Shown here piece by piece: positions 29,856 to 39,167 of a stretch of DNA of 64,000 bases. The DNA comes from Pseudomonadota bacterium (lineage in GTDB: Bacteria > Pseudomonadota > Gammaproteobacteria > Acidiferrobacterales > Acidiferrobacteraceae): contig JAKARW010000001.1 in NCBI GenBank assembly GCA_021819125.1, forward strand, positions 42,278 to 106,277, written 5' to 3'. A model generated the notes under the pieces. It made no database searches, was not told the origin of the DNA, and worked only from the letters and a program-made list of their open reading frames with translations. Every line of letters begins with the position of its first letter. The first letter of the stretch is position 1. A program made the position numbers and the translations under genes.

Positions 29856-30197
29856 ATGAACGGAAAATGGCTTATGGCAGCGGTATGCGTGGCGTTGGCG
29901 CAGGGCGCGAGCGCCTCTGGTCTTACGGATCCCACGCGTCCCCCATGGATCGATGCCGCGGCCGCGGGCGCCACGCGCGCACCCGGTCTTCAGGCGATCA
30001 TGCTGGATGGCGCGCGGCGGTTCGCCCTGATCAATGGCCGGCTCGTGACCGTGGGAGGGCGCGTCGGGGCGGCGCGCCTGATCGCTATCCATCACGACTC
30101 GGTCGTGCTTTCCGGCCGCGAGGGCACGCGCCGGTTGATGCTCGGCCCCGGCCGCTCCGTGAAGAAGACGGCGGTCTTGAAGGAAGGGACCTCATGA
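29856..30197 (+). CDS. mshK: MshK (PilP-like periplasmic protein)
   Basis: Signal peptide 'MNGKWLMAAVCVALAQGASA'; 'ALINGRLVTVGGRVG' is a PilP-like strand. Overlaps the secretin start. Confidence 0.6.
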   Translation: MNGKWLMAAVCVALAQGASASGLTDPTRPPWIDAAAAGATRAPGLQAIMLDGARRFALINGRLVTVGGRVGAARLIAIHHDSVVLSGREGTRRLMLGPGRSVKKTAVLKEGTS

Positions 30198-31909
30198 GGT
30201 CGTCACAAGCGCGTCTTTTGGCGGCATGCCTGGTCGCGGCGCTCGCCGGGTGCGCGCCGCAGGGATTCGACAAGCCGCTCACCGCGCGCATGCAGCGCAA
30301 TCTGGCCGCGGGCGTGCGGTCGCAAAAACACATCGCCGTCTCGGCGGCGGTGGCCAACGCCCTCATCCCGCCGGTCACGATCCAGTTGCCACATGCGCGC
30401 ACGCTCGCGGTGCCAAGTCGCTTCGATTTCAATACCCATGACGCGCCGGCCGCGCAGGTGTTCACGGAACTTGTGCGCGGCACATCCTACAGTATCGCGC
30501 TGCCGGGCCGTCTACCCGGACGCATCACCCTGCACCTGAAGAATGTCACGGTGCCCGAGGCCATGCGCGTCATCCGCACCGAGGACGGTTACCAGTATCG
30601 GCGGCGCGGACATCAGTTCTATATCCTGCCTCCCGGTCTTAGGACGCGACTGTTCCGGGTCCATTATCTGGACATCATCCGCACCGGCGTGTCGGAGACG
30701 CGCCTGACCGGCGAGAGCCTGACAAGCGTCGGGACCACCGGCGGGACCATGGGTGGGGCACCGATGCCTGCCACCGGACAGCAGACCATGTCCCCCACGA
30801 TCTCGGTAAAGACCACCTCGCGCAGTGATTTCTGGAAGACCCTTGCCCAGACCGTCACGGCGCTCGTCGGCAAGAAGCCGGGCTGCGAGGTAGTCGCCAA
30901 TCCCGAGGCCGGTCTGCTCGCGGTACGCGCAGGTCCAAGGACCTTGCATACCGTGAGCCGCTTCCTGCGGCTGACTCAGGCGAGCGTCGACCGCGAGGTC
31001 GTGATCGACGCCAAGATCCTGGAAGTCGACCTAAAGAGCGGCTATCAGAGCGGGATTGACTGGGCCAAGCTTGGGAATCTCGCCGGGGCGCAGGTGATAG
31101 GCGCGCAGACCGGCGGCAGCCAGCTCCTGTCCTCGGGGGTGGCGACCATAGGCGGCAACACGGGCAATATCAATCCCGCGTACGGCACCCCGAATCCTTA
31201 CGGTGCGAGCGGTTACTCGGCGATCAACAACACCGCCGTGTCGGCCTTTGGCGGCATCTTCAGTCTTGCGCTGCACGCCGGGAATTTCGCGGCCTTCATC
31301 CAGCTTTTGAATACCGAAGGGCGCGTCCAGGTGCTGTCGAGCCCGCGGGTATCGACCGTAAACGAGCAGAAGGCGGTCATCAAGGTCGGAGGCGACCAGT
31401 TCTTCGTGACCGGGGTGACCAACACCGAGTCCCTGGTCGGGATCTCCCCGATCGCCACGCCGGCTGTCGAACTCTCGCCATTCTTCTCGGGAATCGCGCT
31501 CGATGTCACGCCCGAGATCGACGGCCACGGATCGATCATCCTTTATATCCACCCGTCGGTGAGTCAAGTGACGCAGGTGAACCAGCAATTCAGCGTCTCG
31601 GGGCAGGCGTTCAACCTGCCGCTTGCCTCGAGCTCCATCCAGGAGTCGGATTCCGTGGTGCGCGCCCAGAGCGGTCAGGTGATCGTCATTGGCGGTTTGA
31701 TGAAGGAAGGGTCCACCAACAGTAACGCCTCCGTGCCGTTGCTCGGCAATATCCCGCTCCTTGGCAATCTCTTCAAGGATAAGAAGGTGGTGAGGGTCAA
31801 AAAGGAACTCGTCATCCTTTTAAAGCCGACCGTCGTGAATCTCGGCGGCCCGTGGGGACGGGAGCTCTCACGCGCCCAGAGACGGATCGCGCGCATAACA
31901 GGCCAATAA
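30194..31909 (+). CDS. mshL: MSHA secretin MshL (lipoprotein)
   Basis: Lipobox 'LAGC', N0/N1 domains, secretin core 'VVIGGLMKE...VPLLGNIPLLGNLFK'. Start re-picked at ATG 30194. Confidence 0.9.
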   Translation: MRSSQARLLAACLVAALAGCAPQGFDKPLTARMQRNLAAGVRSQKHIAVSAAVANALIPPVTIQLPHARTLAVPSRFDFNTHDAPAAQVFTELVRGTSYSIALPGRLPGRITLHLKNVTVPEAMRVIRTEDGYQYRRRGHQFYILPPGLRTRLFRVHYLDIIRTGVSETRLTGESLTSVGTTGGTMGGAPMPATGQQTMSPTISVKTTSRSDFWKTLAQTVTALVGKKPGCEVVANPEAGLLAVRAGPRTLHTVSRFLRLTQASVDREVVIDAKILEVDLKSGYQSGIDWAKLGNLAGAQVIGAQTGGSQLLSSGVATIGGNTGNINPAYGTPNPYGASGYSAINNTAVSAFGGIFSLALHAGNFAAFIQLLNTEGRVQVLSSPRVSTVNEQKAVIKVGGDQFFVTGVTNTESLVGISPIATPAVELSPFFSGIALDVTPEIDGHGSIILYIHPSVSQVTQVNQQFSVSGQAFNLPLASSSIQESDSVVRAQSGQVIVIGGLMKEGSTNSNASVPLLGNIPLLGNLFKDKKVVRVKKELVILLKPTVVNLGGPWGRELSRAQRRIARITGQ

Positions 31910-32770
31910 ATGTACGAGCGCTATTTCGGGCTTCGCGAACTCCCGTTCGGGCTTACGCCCGATACCGAATACTATTTTGCGCACGCCGATCAACAAGAGG
32001 CCTTGAACACGCTGCTTGCGGCGGTGCGCATGGGCGAGGGTTTCCTCAAGGTCACAGGCGAGGTCGGGACCGGCAAGACCTTGCTGTGCCGCAAGCTCTT
32101 GGCGGTGCTTGCCGCCGATGCCCAATTCATGACCGCCTATATCCCCAATCCCACGCTCGACCCGCTGGCGCTGATAGAGGCGATCGCCACCGAGCTTGCG
32201 GCCCCCCCGGCCCCCGGTCAAGGTCCCCATGCCCTCGCGCGCAATCTTGCCGCCCACTTGATCGAATGCTGCGCGCAAGGCCGGCGCGTGGTGTTGTGTC
32301 TAGACGAGGTCCAGGCCATGCCCGTGGAGACCCTGGAGTCCTTGCGCCTTATCAGCAACCTCGAGACCGAGAAGCGCAAGCTCATACAGATCATCCTGTT
32401 TGGCCAGCCGGAACTCGATACGCGTCTGGAGGACCGCGCGGTTCGCCAGCTGCGCCAGCGCATCGCCTTTTCGTGCCGGCTCGGGCCTTTGTCGCTTGCC
32501 GATACCGACGATTATCTCAGGCACAGACTCCATGTGGCAGGCTATGAGGGGCCGGCACTTTTCGGAAAGCGCGCGCTGCGCGTGCTCTACCGGGCATCCG
32601 GGGGCATCCCGCGGCTTGCCAATATCCTCGCCCATAAGTCTCTCATGGTCGCCTATGGCGAAGGCTCGACTGTGGTCCGGGCCCGCCATATGCGATTGGC
32701 ATGCGCCGACACCGAGGCCGTGCGCGCGCGCCCGGGATTTTTGAGGCTCGCGTTTCGGGGGCGCCGATGA
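31910..32770 (+). CDS. mshM: MshM (ExeA-like AAA ATPase)
   Basis: 'YFGLRELPFGLTPD', Walker A 'GEVGTGKT', Walker B 'VLCLDEVQ'. Confidence 0.85.
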   Translation: MYERYFGLRELPFGLTPDTEYYFAHADQQEALNTLLAAVRMGEGFLKVTGEVGTGKTLLCRKLLAVLAADAQFMTAYIPNPTLDPLALIEAIATELAAPPAPGQGPHALARNLAAHLIECCAQGRRVVLCLDEVQAMPVETLESLRLISNLETEKRKLIQIILFGQPELDTRLEDRAVRQLRQRIAFSCRLGPLSLADTDDYLRHRLHVAGYEGPALFGKRALRVLYRASGGIPRLANILAHKSLMVAYGEGSTVVRARHMRLACADTEAVRARPGFLRLAFRGRR

Positions 32771-33825
32771 GCCTCATCAATAAGGTGCTGCGCGACCTCG
32801 AGGCCCGTGAGCGCGGCGAACAGACCCCGCCTAAACGGCCGGTGCTAGACGACCTGCGTCCCGCCTCGGAGAGCGCGGATCGACGGTCTGGAGGGTTTTT
32901 GCGGATATTCGGAGTGGTGCTCGGGTTGACGGTGATTGCCGCCGCGACCTGGTGGTCTATGTCTTTGAGCCATGTGACCGGAGCACCTCCTATCCCCGCT
33001 GCCGGTTTGCCGCAAGCCAGCCACGTCCCCTCTGTGGCACGCGTGACCGCGCCGGCTGCCCGGCCGCCGCGGGCTCATCTCGCAAGGGCCTCCCGCCCCG
33101 CGCCACGCCCTTTTGCGCCGTCCACGAAAGTCATGGTCGCGGCGGCACCGGTATCCGCCGTGCGCCGTCTTGCCGCCCGGCCCCATTTCGTGTTTCGGTC
33201 ACAGGGGACGGCGATCTCCCGGCGCCGCGCGCCGCTGACCGCCCTCGAAAGGGCGCAAGCGGCGTACCGGCACGCGGTGCAGGCCTTGCAGGCCGGACAC
33301 GCCGGTCAGGCGCGCGCGGCCTGCAAGGTGGCCCTGCGCCTGAATCCCAAGGCCCTGCCCCCCGCGCTTTTGCTCGCCACCCTCGACCTTCAGGGGGCGC
33401 GCCTGCGCGAAGCCCATGACATATTGCGCGTGGCCTTGGAGGGGCATCCCCAGGCGTTGCCCGCGGCCATGTTGCTGGCGCAGGTCGATCTGCGCCGCGG
33501 GCAGCCCGCCTCCGCCGCGCACACGCTTGCAGGCTTGCGCGTGGTCGGGGCCGGCAGCCGGTCCTATTGGGCGCTGCTCGCGGTGTCGCAATGGCGCGCC
33601 GGGGACCAGGCCGCGGCGCATGCGACCTACCGGAGCGCGTTGCGCCGTTTTCCTCATGACGGTCCGTTGTGGGTGGGTCTGGGGCTCATCGACAGCCGCG
33701 CGGGGCAGGCCGCGCGGGCCGACCGTGCCTTCCGGCACGCCGCCGCCTGTCCTCTGCCCCCGGTCCTCGCACGCTTCGTACAGGCGCGCATACACGCCTT
33801 CCATGGGACGCATCAGAACCGATAG
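32767..33825 (+). CDS. mshN: MshN (TPR-repeat pilus biogenesis protein)
   Basis: 'MSLINKVLRDLE' N-terminus, one TM, Ala/Pro-rich linker, C-terminal TPR-like repeats. Confidence 0.7.
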   Translation: MSLINKVLRDLEARERGEQTPPKRPVLDDLRPASESADRRSGGFLRIFGVVLGLTVIAAATWWSMSLSHVTGAPPIPAAGLPQASHVPSVARVTAPAARPPRAHLARASRPAPRPFAPSTKVMVAAAPVSAVRRLAARPHFVFRSQGTAISRRRAPLTALERAQAAYRHAVQALQAGHAGQARAACKVALRLNPKALPPALLLATLDLQGARLREAHDILRVALEGHPQALPAAMLLAQVDLRRGQPASAAHTLAGLRVVGAGSRSYWALLAVSQWRAGDQAAAHATYRSALRRFPHDGPLWVGLGLIDSRAGQAARADRAFRHAAACPLPPVLARFVQARIHAFHGTHQNR

Positions 33826-34412
33826 CCGAGACTCACGGAGATCACCGGATAGGCCTTCAGGCGGCTCGCCTGCTGTTCGATCCGGGCGCGCACCGCGGCG
33901 ATTTCAAAGGCCAGCGCCGGATCGTAGGCGGCCCCGGGGGCGCTCAGGGTCGTTGTCGGGTGGTCCCACATCACGCCGAGATCCACGCCGTAGGCCAATC
34001 CCGCCCCGACCCCCGCGTCATTGCTGAGGCCCAGTCCGAGGTAGGGCGCGAAACGCGCATAGGTGATGGTACCTGTCACCGGTCCGACCACCGCCGCCGG
34101 CACCGTGTAGCCGTTGACGGCATAGGCCCCGTCCACGGGAGTGCCGGTCAGGTCGACCCGATTGTCGTCGTAATAGACGCCCCCTGTGACATGGAAAACA
34201 CCGCCGAAGGGGGAGATGTCGGCGAGCAGCGCGGCGTTGCGAAAGTGGGCCCGACCCTGGTAGTTGAGCCCGTCGGTCATCTCGTGGCGCGTGATGCGCC
34301 CGCCATTGGCCAGTAGTCGCGCATCCACCCATCCGCGCACGATGGGCACCGAAAGTGTCAGTGAAAGCCCCAGGGTCCCGGCGCCGGCGCTCAAGCCCAC
34401 GCCGGCACGCAC
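33813..34412 (-). CDS. Outer-membrane beta-barrel protein, apparently out of frame with its signal peptide
   Basis: Alternating beta pattern and C-terminal 'SLGYRF'. A perfect signal peptide 'MLRRLALGGLVAASLCVPAWA' with an 'AAGGTGG' RBS is encoded at 34456-34394 in another frame and stops at 34393-34391. Confidence 0.55.
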   Translation of the reverse strand: MRAGVGLSAGAGTLGLSLTLSVPIVRGWVDARLLANGGRITRHEMTDGLNYQGRAHFRNAALLADISPFGGVFHVTGGVYYDDNRVDLTGTPVDGAYAVNGYTVPAAVVGPVTGTITYARFAPYLGLGLSNDAGVGAGLAYGVDLGVMWDHPTTTLSAPGAAYDPALAFEIAAVRARIEQQASRLKAYPVISVSLGYRF

Positions 34413-34566
34413 AGCGAGGCCGCCACCAGACCACCGAGAGCCAATCGTCGTAGCATGTCGCCACCTTTAAGAAATTGCCGCGGGAATGGGCACGATAGCG
34501 CACGCGCTAACCCTTCCCTATGGTCCATAAGGTCGCCCCGTCTTTATCGCACGCCCGCCCCCACGT

Positions 34567-35769
34567 ATGCTTGCGCCTCCAGAATTGAGACCGGAACCGA
34601 TGACGGGCGATCCTTTCGCGAACACTCTTGAGCGGACATTCGCGCGCTTGCGCGATCAGGACCTGTGGCGGCGGCGTGAGCGGCGGTCATCGCCGCAGGC
34701 CCCCTCGGTGCAGATGGAAGGCGAGACCCTGCTGTCGTTTTCGAGCAACGATTACCTGGGGCTTGCCAGCGATCCGCGGCTCGTAGAGGCGTGGTGCCAG
34801 GGGGCCCGGCGCTACGGGGTGGGGGCCGGCGCCTCGCATCTCCTCGGGGGTCACACGAAGGCGCATCACGAGCTCGAGGAGGCCTTGGCGGCGTTCGTGG
34901 GGACCCCCCGGGCGCTGATCTTCTCCACGGGGTACATGGCGAACCTCGCGCTTCTGGCCGTGTTGTGTCCGCGCCACGGCCGCGTCTTCGAGGATCGGCG
35001 CAATCATGCCTCGCTCATCGATGCCGCCGGCCTCGCGCAGGCCGACAGGCATCGTTACCGCGATGTCGCCGGCCTCAGACGCGCGTTGACCAAGGCGGGA
35101 TCGGGCGGGATCGTGGTAAGTGACGGGGTCTTTAGCATGGATGGCGACATGGCGGATGTCCCGGCGTTGCTCACGCTTGCCCAGACCCATGGCGCCGGGC
35201 TCCTGCTGGATGACGCCCATGCCTTCGGCGTCGTGGGCCCGCAGGGGCGCGGGACGCCGGCCGCTCACGGCCTGGGCCACGATCCCGCGCTCGTTCACAT
35301 GGGGACCCTCGGCAAGGCCTTTGGGGTATTCGGCGCGTTCGTGGCAGCCAGTGCGGAGGTCGTCGAGGCCTTGATCCAAGGTGCCCGGCCGTACATCTAT
35401 ACGACCGCCTTGCCACCGGCCTTGGCGGTCTGTGCCATGGCAAGTCTTGCGATCGCCATTGCCGAGGAGTACCGGCGCGCCGAGCTTTACGAGCGCATCC
35501 GCGAGTTTCGTGCGGGCGCCACCCAACTCGGTCTGCGGATCTTGCCGTCGTCCACCCCGATTCAACCGGTGATCCTGGGGGATGCCGGCCGCGCGCTTGA
35601 CGCATCGGCCAGGCTGCGCGCACAGGGTCTTTATGTGCCCGCGGTGCGTCCGCCGACCGTGCCCGCTCACACGGCGCGGCTGCGCGTTACGTTGAGCGCG
35701 GCCCATACCCGCGACCACATCGAGCGTCTCCTCGCCGCGCTCGCCACCTTGCCGCGGGATACCGCCTGA
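34567..35769 (+). CDS. bioF: 8-amino-7-oxononanoate synthase
   Basis: 'SNDYLGL', PLP-Lys region 'GTLGKAFG', 'RPPTVP...ARLRVTLSAAH'. Confidence 0.92.
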   Translation: MLAPPELRPEPMTGDPFANTLERTFARLRDQDLWRRRERRSSPQAPSVQMEGETLLSFSSNDYLGLASDPRLVEAWCQGARRYGVGAGASHLLGGHTKAHHELEEALAAFVGTPRALIFSTGYMANLALLAVLCPRHGRVFEDRRNHASLIDAAGLAQADRHRYRDVAGLRRALTKAGSGGIVVSDGVFSMDGDMADVPALLTLAQTHGAGLLLDDAHAFGVVGPQGRGTPAAHGLGHDPALVHMGTLGKAFGVFGAFVAASAEVVEALIQGARPYIYTTALPPALAVCAMASLAIAIAEEYRRAELYERIREFRAGATQLGLRILPSSTPIQPVILGDAGRALDASARLRAQGLYVPAVRPPTVPAHTARLRVTLSAAHTRDHIERLLAALATLPRDTA

Positions 35770-36485
35770 TGGTGTTTCTCCTGCACGGCTGGGGGTTGAA
35801 CCGGCGGGTGTTCGCGACGCTCGAGCAGGCGCTTGCCCTTCCATGCCAATCCCTCGACCTGCCCGGCCACGGACAGGCCCCCTACGAGCCGGGCGCCCTC
35901 GATCCCGATGGGCTTGCCGCCGATCTCGCCTTGCGGCACCCCGGCGCGCATGCCTGGCTCGGCTGGTCGCTCGGCGGGCTTATCGCCTTGACGCTTGCCG
36001 CGCGCCATCCCGAAAGCGTAAGCCGGCTCATCCTGATCGGTGCCACGCCGTGTTTTGTGCGCGCCCGTGATTGGCCTCATGGTACCGAGCCCACGGTTTT
36101 TCAGGCCTTCGCCGACCAGTTGACCATTGATCACGAGGCCACCCTGCGACGATTTTTGACCTTGCAAGCCGGTCCCGGTGGACGTTCCGAGGTGCGCACG
36201 CTCATGGCCGATCTCAAAAGCGGCGGCGCGCCGCAGCCAGAGGCTTTGGCCGAGGGGCTTGCGGTGCTGCAAGCAAGTGATAGGCGCCCGCTCTTGCCGG
36301 CGGTGCGCGCGCCGGTGCTGATGTTGCATGGTGCCGGCGACACGATTGTCTCCATCGAGGCCGCCCGTGCCGCCGCCGCCCTCATGCCTCATGCGCGCCT
36401 TTGCGCGATTGGCCATGGGCATGCGCCATTTCTAAGCGCGCCGGAAGACAGCGCCTCCCTGATACGAAACTTTCTCCATGAATGA
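35769..36485 (+). CDS. bioH: Pimeloyl-ACP methyl ester carboxylesterase
   Basis: 'LLHGWG', nucleophile elbow 'GWSLGG', C-terminal 'GHAPFLS'. TGATG overlap with bioF. Confidence 0.88.
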   Translation: MVFLLHGWGLNRRVFATLEQALALPCQSLDLPGHGQAPYEPGALDPDGLAADLALRHPGAHAWLGWSLGGLIALTLAARHPESVSRLILIGATPCFVRARDWPHGTEPTVFQAFADQLTIDHEATLRRFLTLQAGPGGRSEVRTLMADLKSGGAPQPEALAEGLAVLQASDRRPLLPAVRAPVLMLHGAGDTIVSIEAARAAAALMPHARLCAIGHGHAPFLSAPEDSASLIRNFLHE

Positions 36486-37329
36486 CCTGAGTCCCGAGGC
36501 CATCCGCCACAGCTTCGATCGCGCCGCACGCCATTACGATGAAAGCGCGGTACTGCAGCGCACTGTGGCAGACGAACTCTTGAGTCGCTTCCAATGGTTG
36601 CGTATCGAGCCTACCACGGTGCTCGATGTCGGGACCGGGACCGGCTACGCCCTGCCTCATCTGCGCCGCCGGTTTCGCCGGGCGCAGGTCCTGGCCTGTG
36701 ATATCGCATGGGCCATGGCCCATGCCGCGCGCCTGCACCGGGTGCTATGGCGCCCGAGCCCGGTGTGGGTCGCAAACGCCCATAATCTGCCGCTACGAGC
36801 CCAGACGATCGATTGCCTCTATTCAAGCCTGGCCCTGCAGTGGATGGACGCACCGCGGGCGTTCGCCGAGTTCCGTCGTGTCTTGCGGGGGGAGGGCCTG
36901 TTGACCTTTACCACCTTTGGTCCCGATACCTTGCGGGAACTGCGCGCGGCGTGGGCGCAAGTCGACGACCGGCCGCATGTGCATACCTTCGTGGACATGC
37001 ATGATTTGGGCGATGCCTTGGTTTATGCCGGATTTTCGGACCCGGTGCTGGATGTCGAACGTTACACCCTCACATACGAGTCGGTGCGCGCCGCATTAAG
37101 CGATTTAAAGCGCATCGGCGCGCACAATGCCGCGATGGCCCGTTTCCCGGGACTCACCGGCAAGGGGCGCTATCGGCGTTTCGAGCAGGCCTATGAAAGC
37201 TTCCGTCGGGACGGGCGGTTGCCTGTGACCTACGAAGTCGTGTACGGCCAAGCATGGGTCCCATCCGGCGTTCCGCCCCCGTCTATCCCCTCCAACGCCC
37301 GTGCCGTGATTCCCATCCGGAGCGTCTGA
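36478..37329 (+). CDS. bioC: Malonyl-ACP O-methyltransferase
   Basis: 'FDRAARHYDESAVLQR' and SAM motif 'VLDVGTGTG'. Follows bioH. Confidence 0.88.
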   Translation: MNDLSPEAIRHSFDRAARHYDESAVLQRTVADELLSRFQWLRIEPTTVLDVGTGTGYALPHLRRRFRRAQVLACDIAWAMAHAARLHRVLWRPSPVWVANAHNLPLRAQTIDCLYSSLALQWMDAPRAFAEFRRVLRGEGLLTFTTFGPDTLRELRAAWAQVDDRPHVHTFVDMHDLGDALVYAGFSDPVLDVERYTLTYESVRAALSDLKRIGAHNAAMARFPGLTGKGRYRRFEQAYESFRRDGRLPVTYEVVYGQAWVPSGVPPPSIPSNARAVIPIRSV

Positions 37330-37684
37330 CGGCGGTCGCGCTGTCTACGCGGGTGCCGCCAAGCAGGATTGTGTCTCGAGGGTGGTATGGCTATCACGCT
37401 CTATTTGGAAACGGCCATCGCCGTACTTTGTGCGGCTACCGTGTGCGCCCATCCATGCGGTAAATCGCGAGGGTCAAGGAAGCATTCCCGGCAACCCTCT
37501 TAAAGAACCGCCACAACCTCTTGCACAGACTGCAAGGTCGGCCGGTAATACCTTGAAAAACCACTGAAAGCGGATCCTGTGCGCTGGCGGTGGCCCATAA
37601 AGCCTGCCGCGTTGTGCCGTCCCATCGGGCGCATACTATAATGCAGGCGTTGAGTGACTTACGGGGCAGGAGGGCCTTTCGGGC

Positions 37685-38236
37685 TTGTCGCTTATCCGGA
37701 CCTCAAGGTTTGTTCTACGCCCCTTTGAAAAAAGAGATGCGGCGGCGTTCGCGTGCGCGGTTCGCGAGACGGCCGCCGCCGGCGATGCCTGGCTTGCCTG
37801 GGGCGGAGAAACCTACAGCGAACAGGAGGCGCGTGAGTGGTTTCGTTCGGCTGCGGTCGGCCATACCACGGGGACGAGCCTTGAGTACGGCATCTTTACG
37901 CCCGCCGATAACGCTCTTCTTGGTGGTGCCGGTCTCAATCGCATCGATCCCGACCATCGCGTGGCGAATCTCGGATACTGGGTGCGCCCGACGTGCCGCC
38001 GCCAAGGGGTGGCGCATGAAAGCGCGCGGGCGCTCGCCGAACACGCCTTCGTCGGGCTCGGCCTGCAACGGGTCGAGATCGTAGTCGCGACGGCCAATCA
38101 CGCAAGCATAGGGGTCGCGCGCAAAATGGGTGCGCGCCTCGAATGCGTGGCGCAAAACCGGCTACGCATCAACGGGCAGCCGGTCTCCGCCTATGTCTTT
38201 GCGTTGATTGCGTGTCCTCGTAAATCGCCCTCGTGA
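37685..38236 (+). CDS. GNAT N-acetyltransferase (RimJ/RimL-like)
   Basis: TTG start after a 'GGCAGGAGGG' RBS. 'FVLRPFEKRDA' and motif A 'CRRQGVAHESARAL'. Confidence 0.75.
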   Translation: MSLIRTSRFVLRPFEKRDAAAFACAVRETAAAGDAWLAWGGETYSEQEAREWFRSAAVGHTTGTSLEYGIFTPADNALLGGAGLNRIDPDHRVANLGYWVRPTCRRQGVAHESARALAEHAFVGLGLQRVEIVVATANHASIGVARKMGARLECVAQNRLRINGQPVSAYVFALIACPRKSPS

Positions 38237-38595
38237 GCTATCGGCGACCGACCGAACCTGAAAGTAAAATCTCCGCCGGGTGCAGTCCCGTAGGTCCCTA
38301 AAGAATGTCCAAGCCCCACGTCGTATCCTTTGATCGGGGTGCCAAGACGTGCCTTATGCCACGTCTTCGATTCTCATAGACGCCACCGTCTTGCGCGCGA
38401 CGATTTATAGCCGGCCGCAAAACAACGATATTCCCTGATTTCGTCGCACGGCACACGCCGTGGCGGGCGGCCGTCCGTTCTTAGACCCCGTCATTTAAGG
38501 GGTGGTATGTGTCGCCGCGCCTAACCCCTCGATTTACCCAATACCATCTGTGCGTTTATATGCGTAATGTGCCGGCACAAAACGGAGGCACTTAC

Positions 38596-38898
38596 ATGAA
38601 AAGATGGATCGCCTTGTCATTCTGCGTCGTAACGTCCCCCGCGCTTGCCATCATGCGATTGCCAAACTATGCGCAGGGATCGGATCTACGCGTAACGATA
38701 GAAGAGCGTGCGCACGCCATAACCGATGTCATAGCGCTCGTTGTCAGTATTCTCGCAATAATCGGTATTTTAATAGGGGCCGGATATTTCGCCGTCGGAC
38801 AGGGGGAGCGGGGGCGGAGCTATGTCGTAGGCAGCGTTCTCGGGCTCATCCTTGCGGCCAGCGCCTACGGGATCGCGGCCCTGGTGATAGGGTCATGA
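38596..38898 (+). CDS. VirB2/TrbC-like T4SS pilin
   Basis: 100 aa: signal peptide 'MKRWIALSFCVVTSPALA', then two hydrophobic helices separated by 'GQGERGRS'. RBS 'ACGGAGG'. First gene of the coupled operon. Confidence 0.6.
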   Translation: MKRWIALSFCVVTSPALAIMRLPNYAQGSDLRVTIEERAHAITDVIALVVSILAIIGILIGAGYFAVGQGERGRSYVVGSVLGLILAASAYGIAALVIGS

Positions 38899-39167
38899 TC
38901 ATGGCCCTCAATAAGCGCTTGGCCCCCGCGCGCATCCTGGGTGTTCCGCTCGCAGCGGCGGTGGCCGGGCTTATAACCGTGAGCGGCGCACTTTTTTCCG
39001 TGGTCCTGCCGGGCCCGGCCGCGGCCGTGGCCATCACGGTGGCCGTCGCGGCCTTTCCCTTAGGGGTCGGCGCCATTGTGATTGGTGACGACGTGGTGTT
39101 CGCGCACGCCTTTTGGCTTGCAAGACAAGACGCACGGATCGTCGCCCGGGAGGCCTCATGGCATTAG
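38895..39167 (+). CDS. VirB3/TrbD-like protein
   Basis: 90 aa. 'LNKRLAPARILGVPL' resembles the VirB3 'L-x-K-x-L-x-RP-x3-GVP' motif. Two TM segments. ATGA overlap upstream; overlaps the virB4-like start. Confidence 0.55.
   Translation: MIMALNKRLAPARILGVPLAAAVAGLITVSGALFSVVLPGPAAAVAITVAVAAFPLGVGAIVIGDDVVFAHAFWLARQDARIVAREASWH

Noticed and set aside
34687-35844. 385-aa ORF on the - strand
   Set aside because: Antisense to bioF (PLP-Lys motif in the + frame). Shadow ORF.
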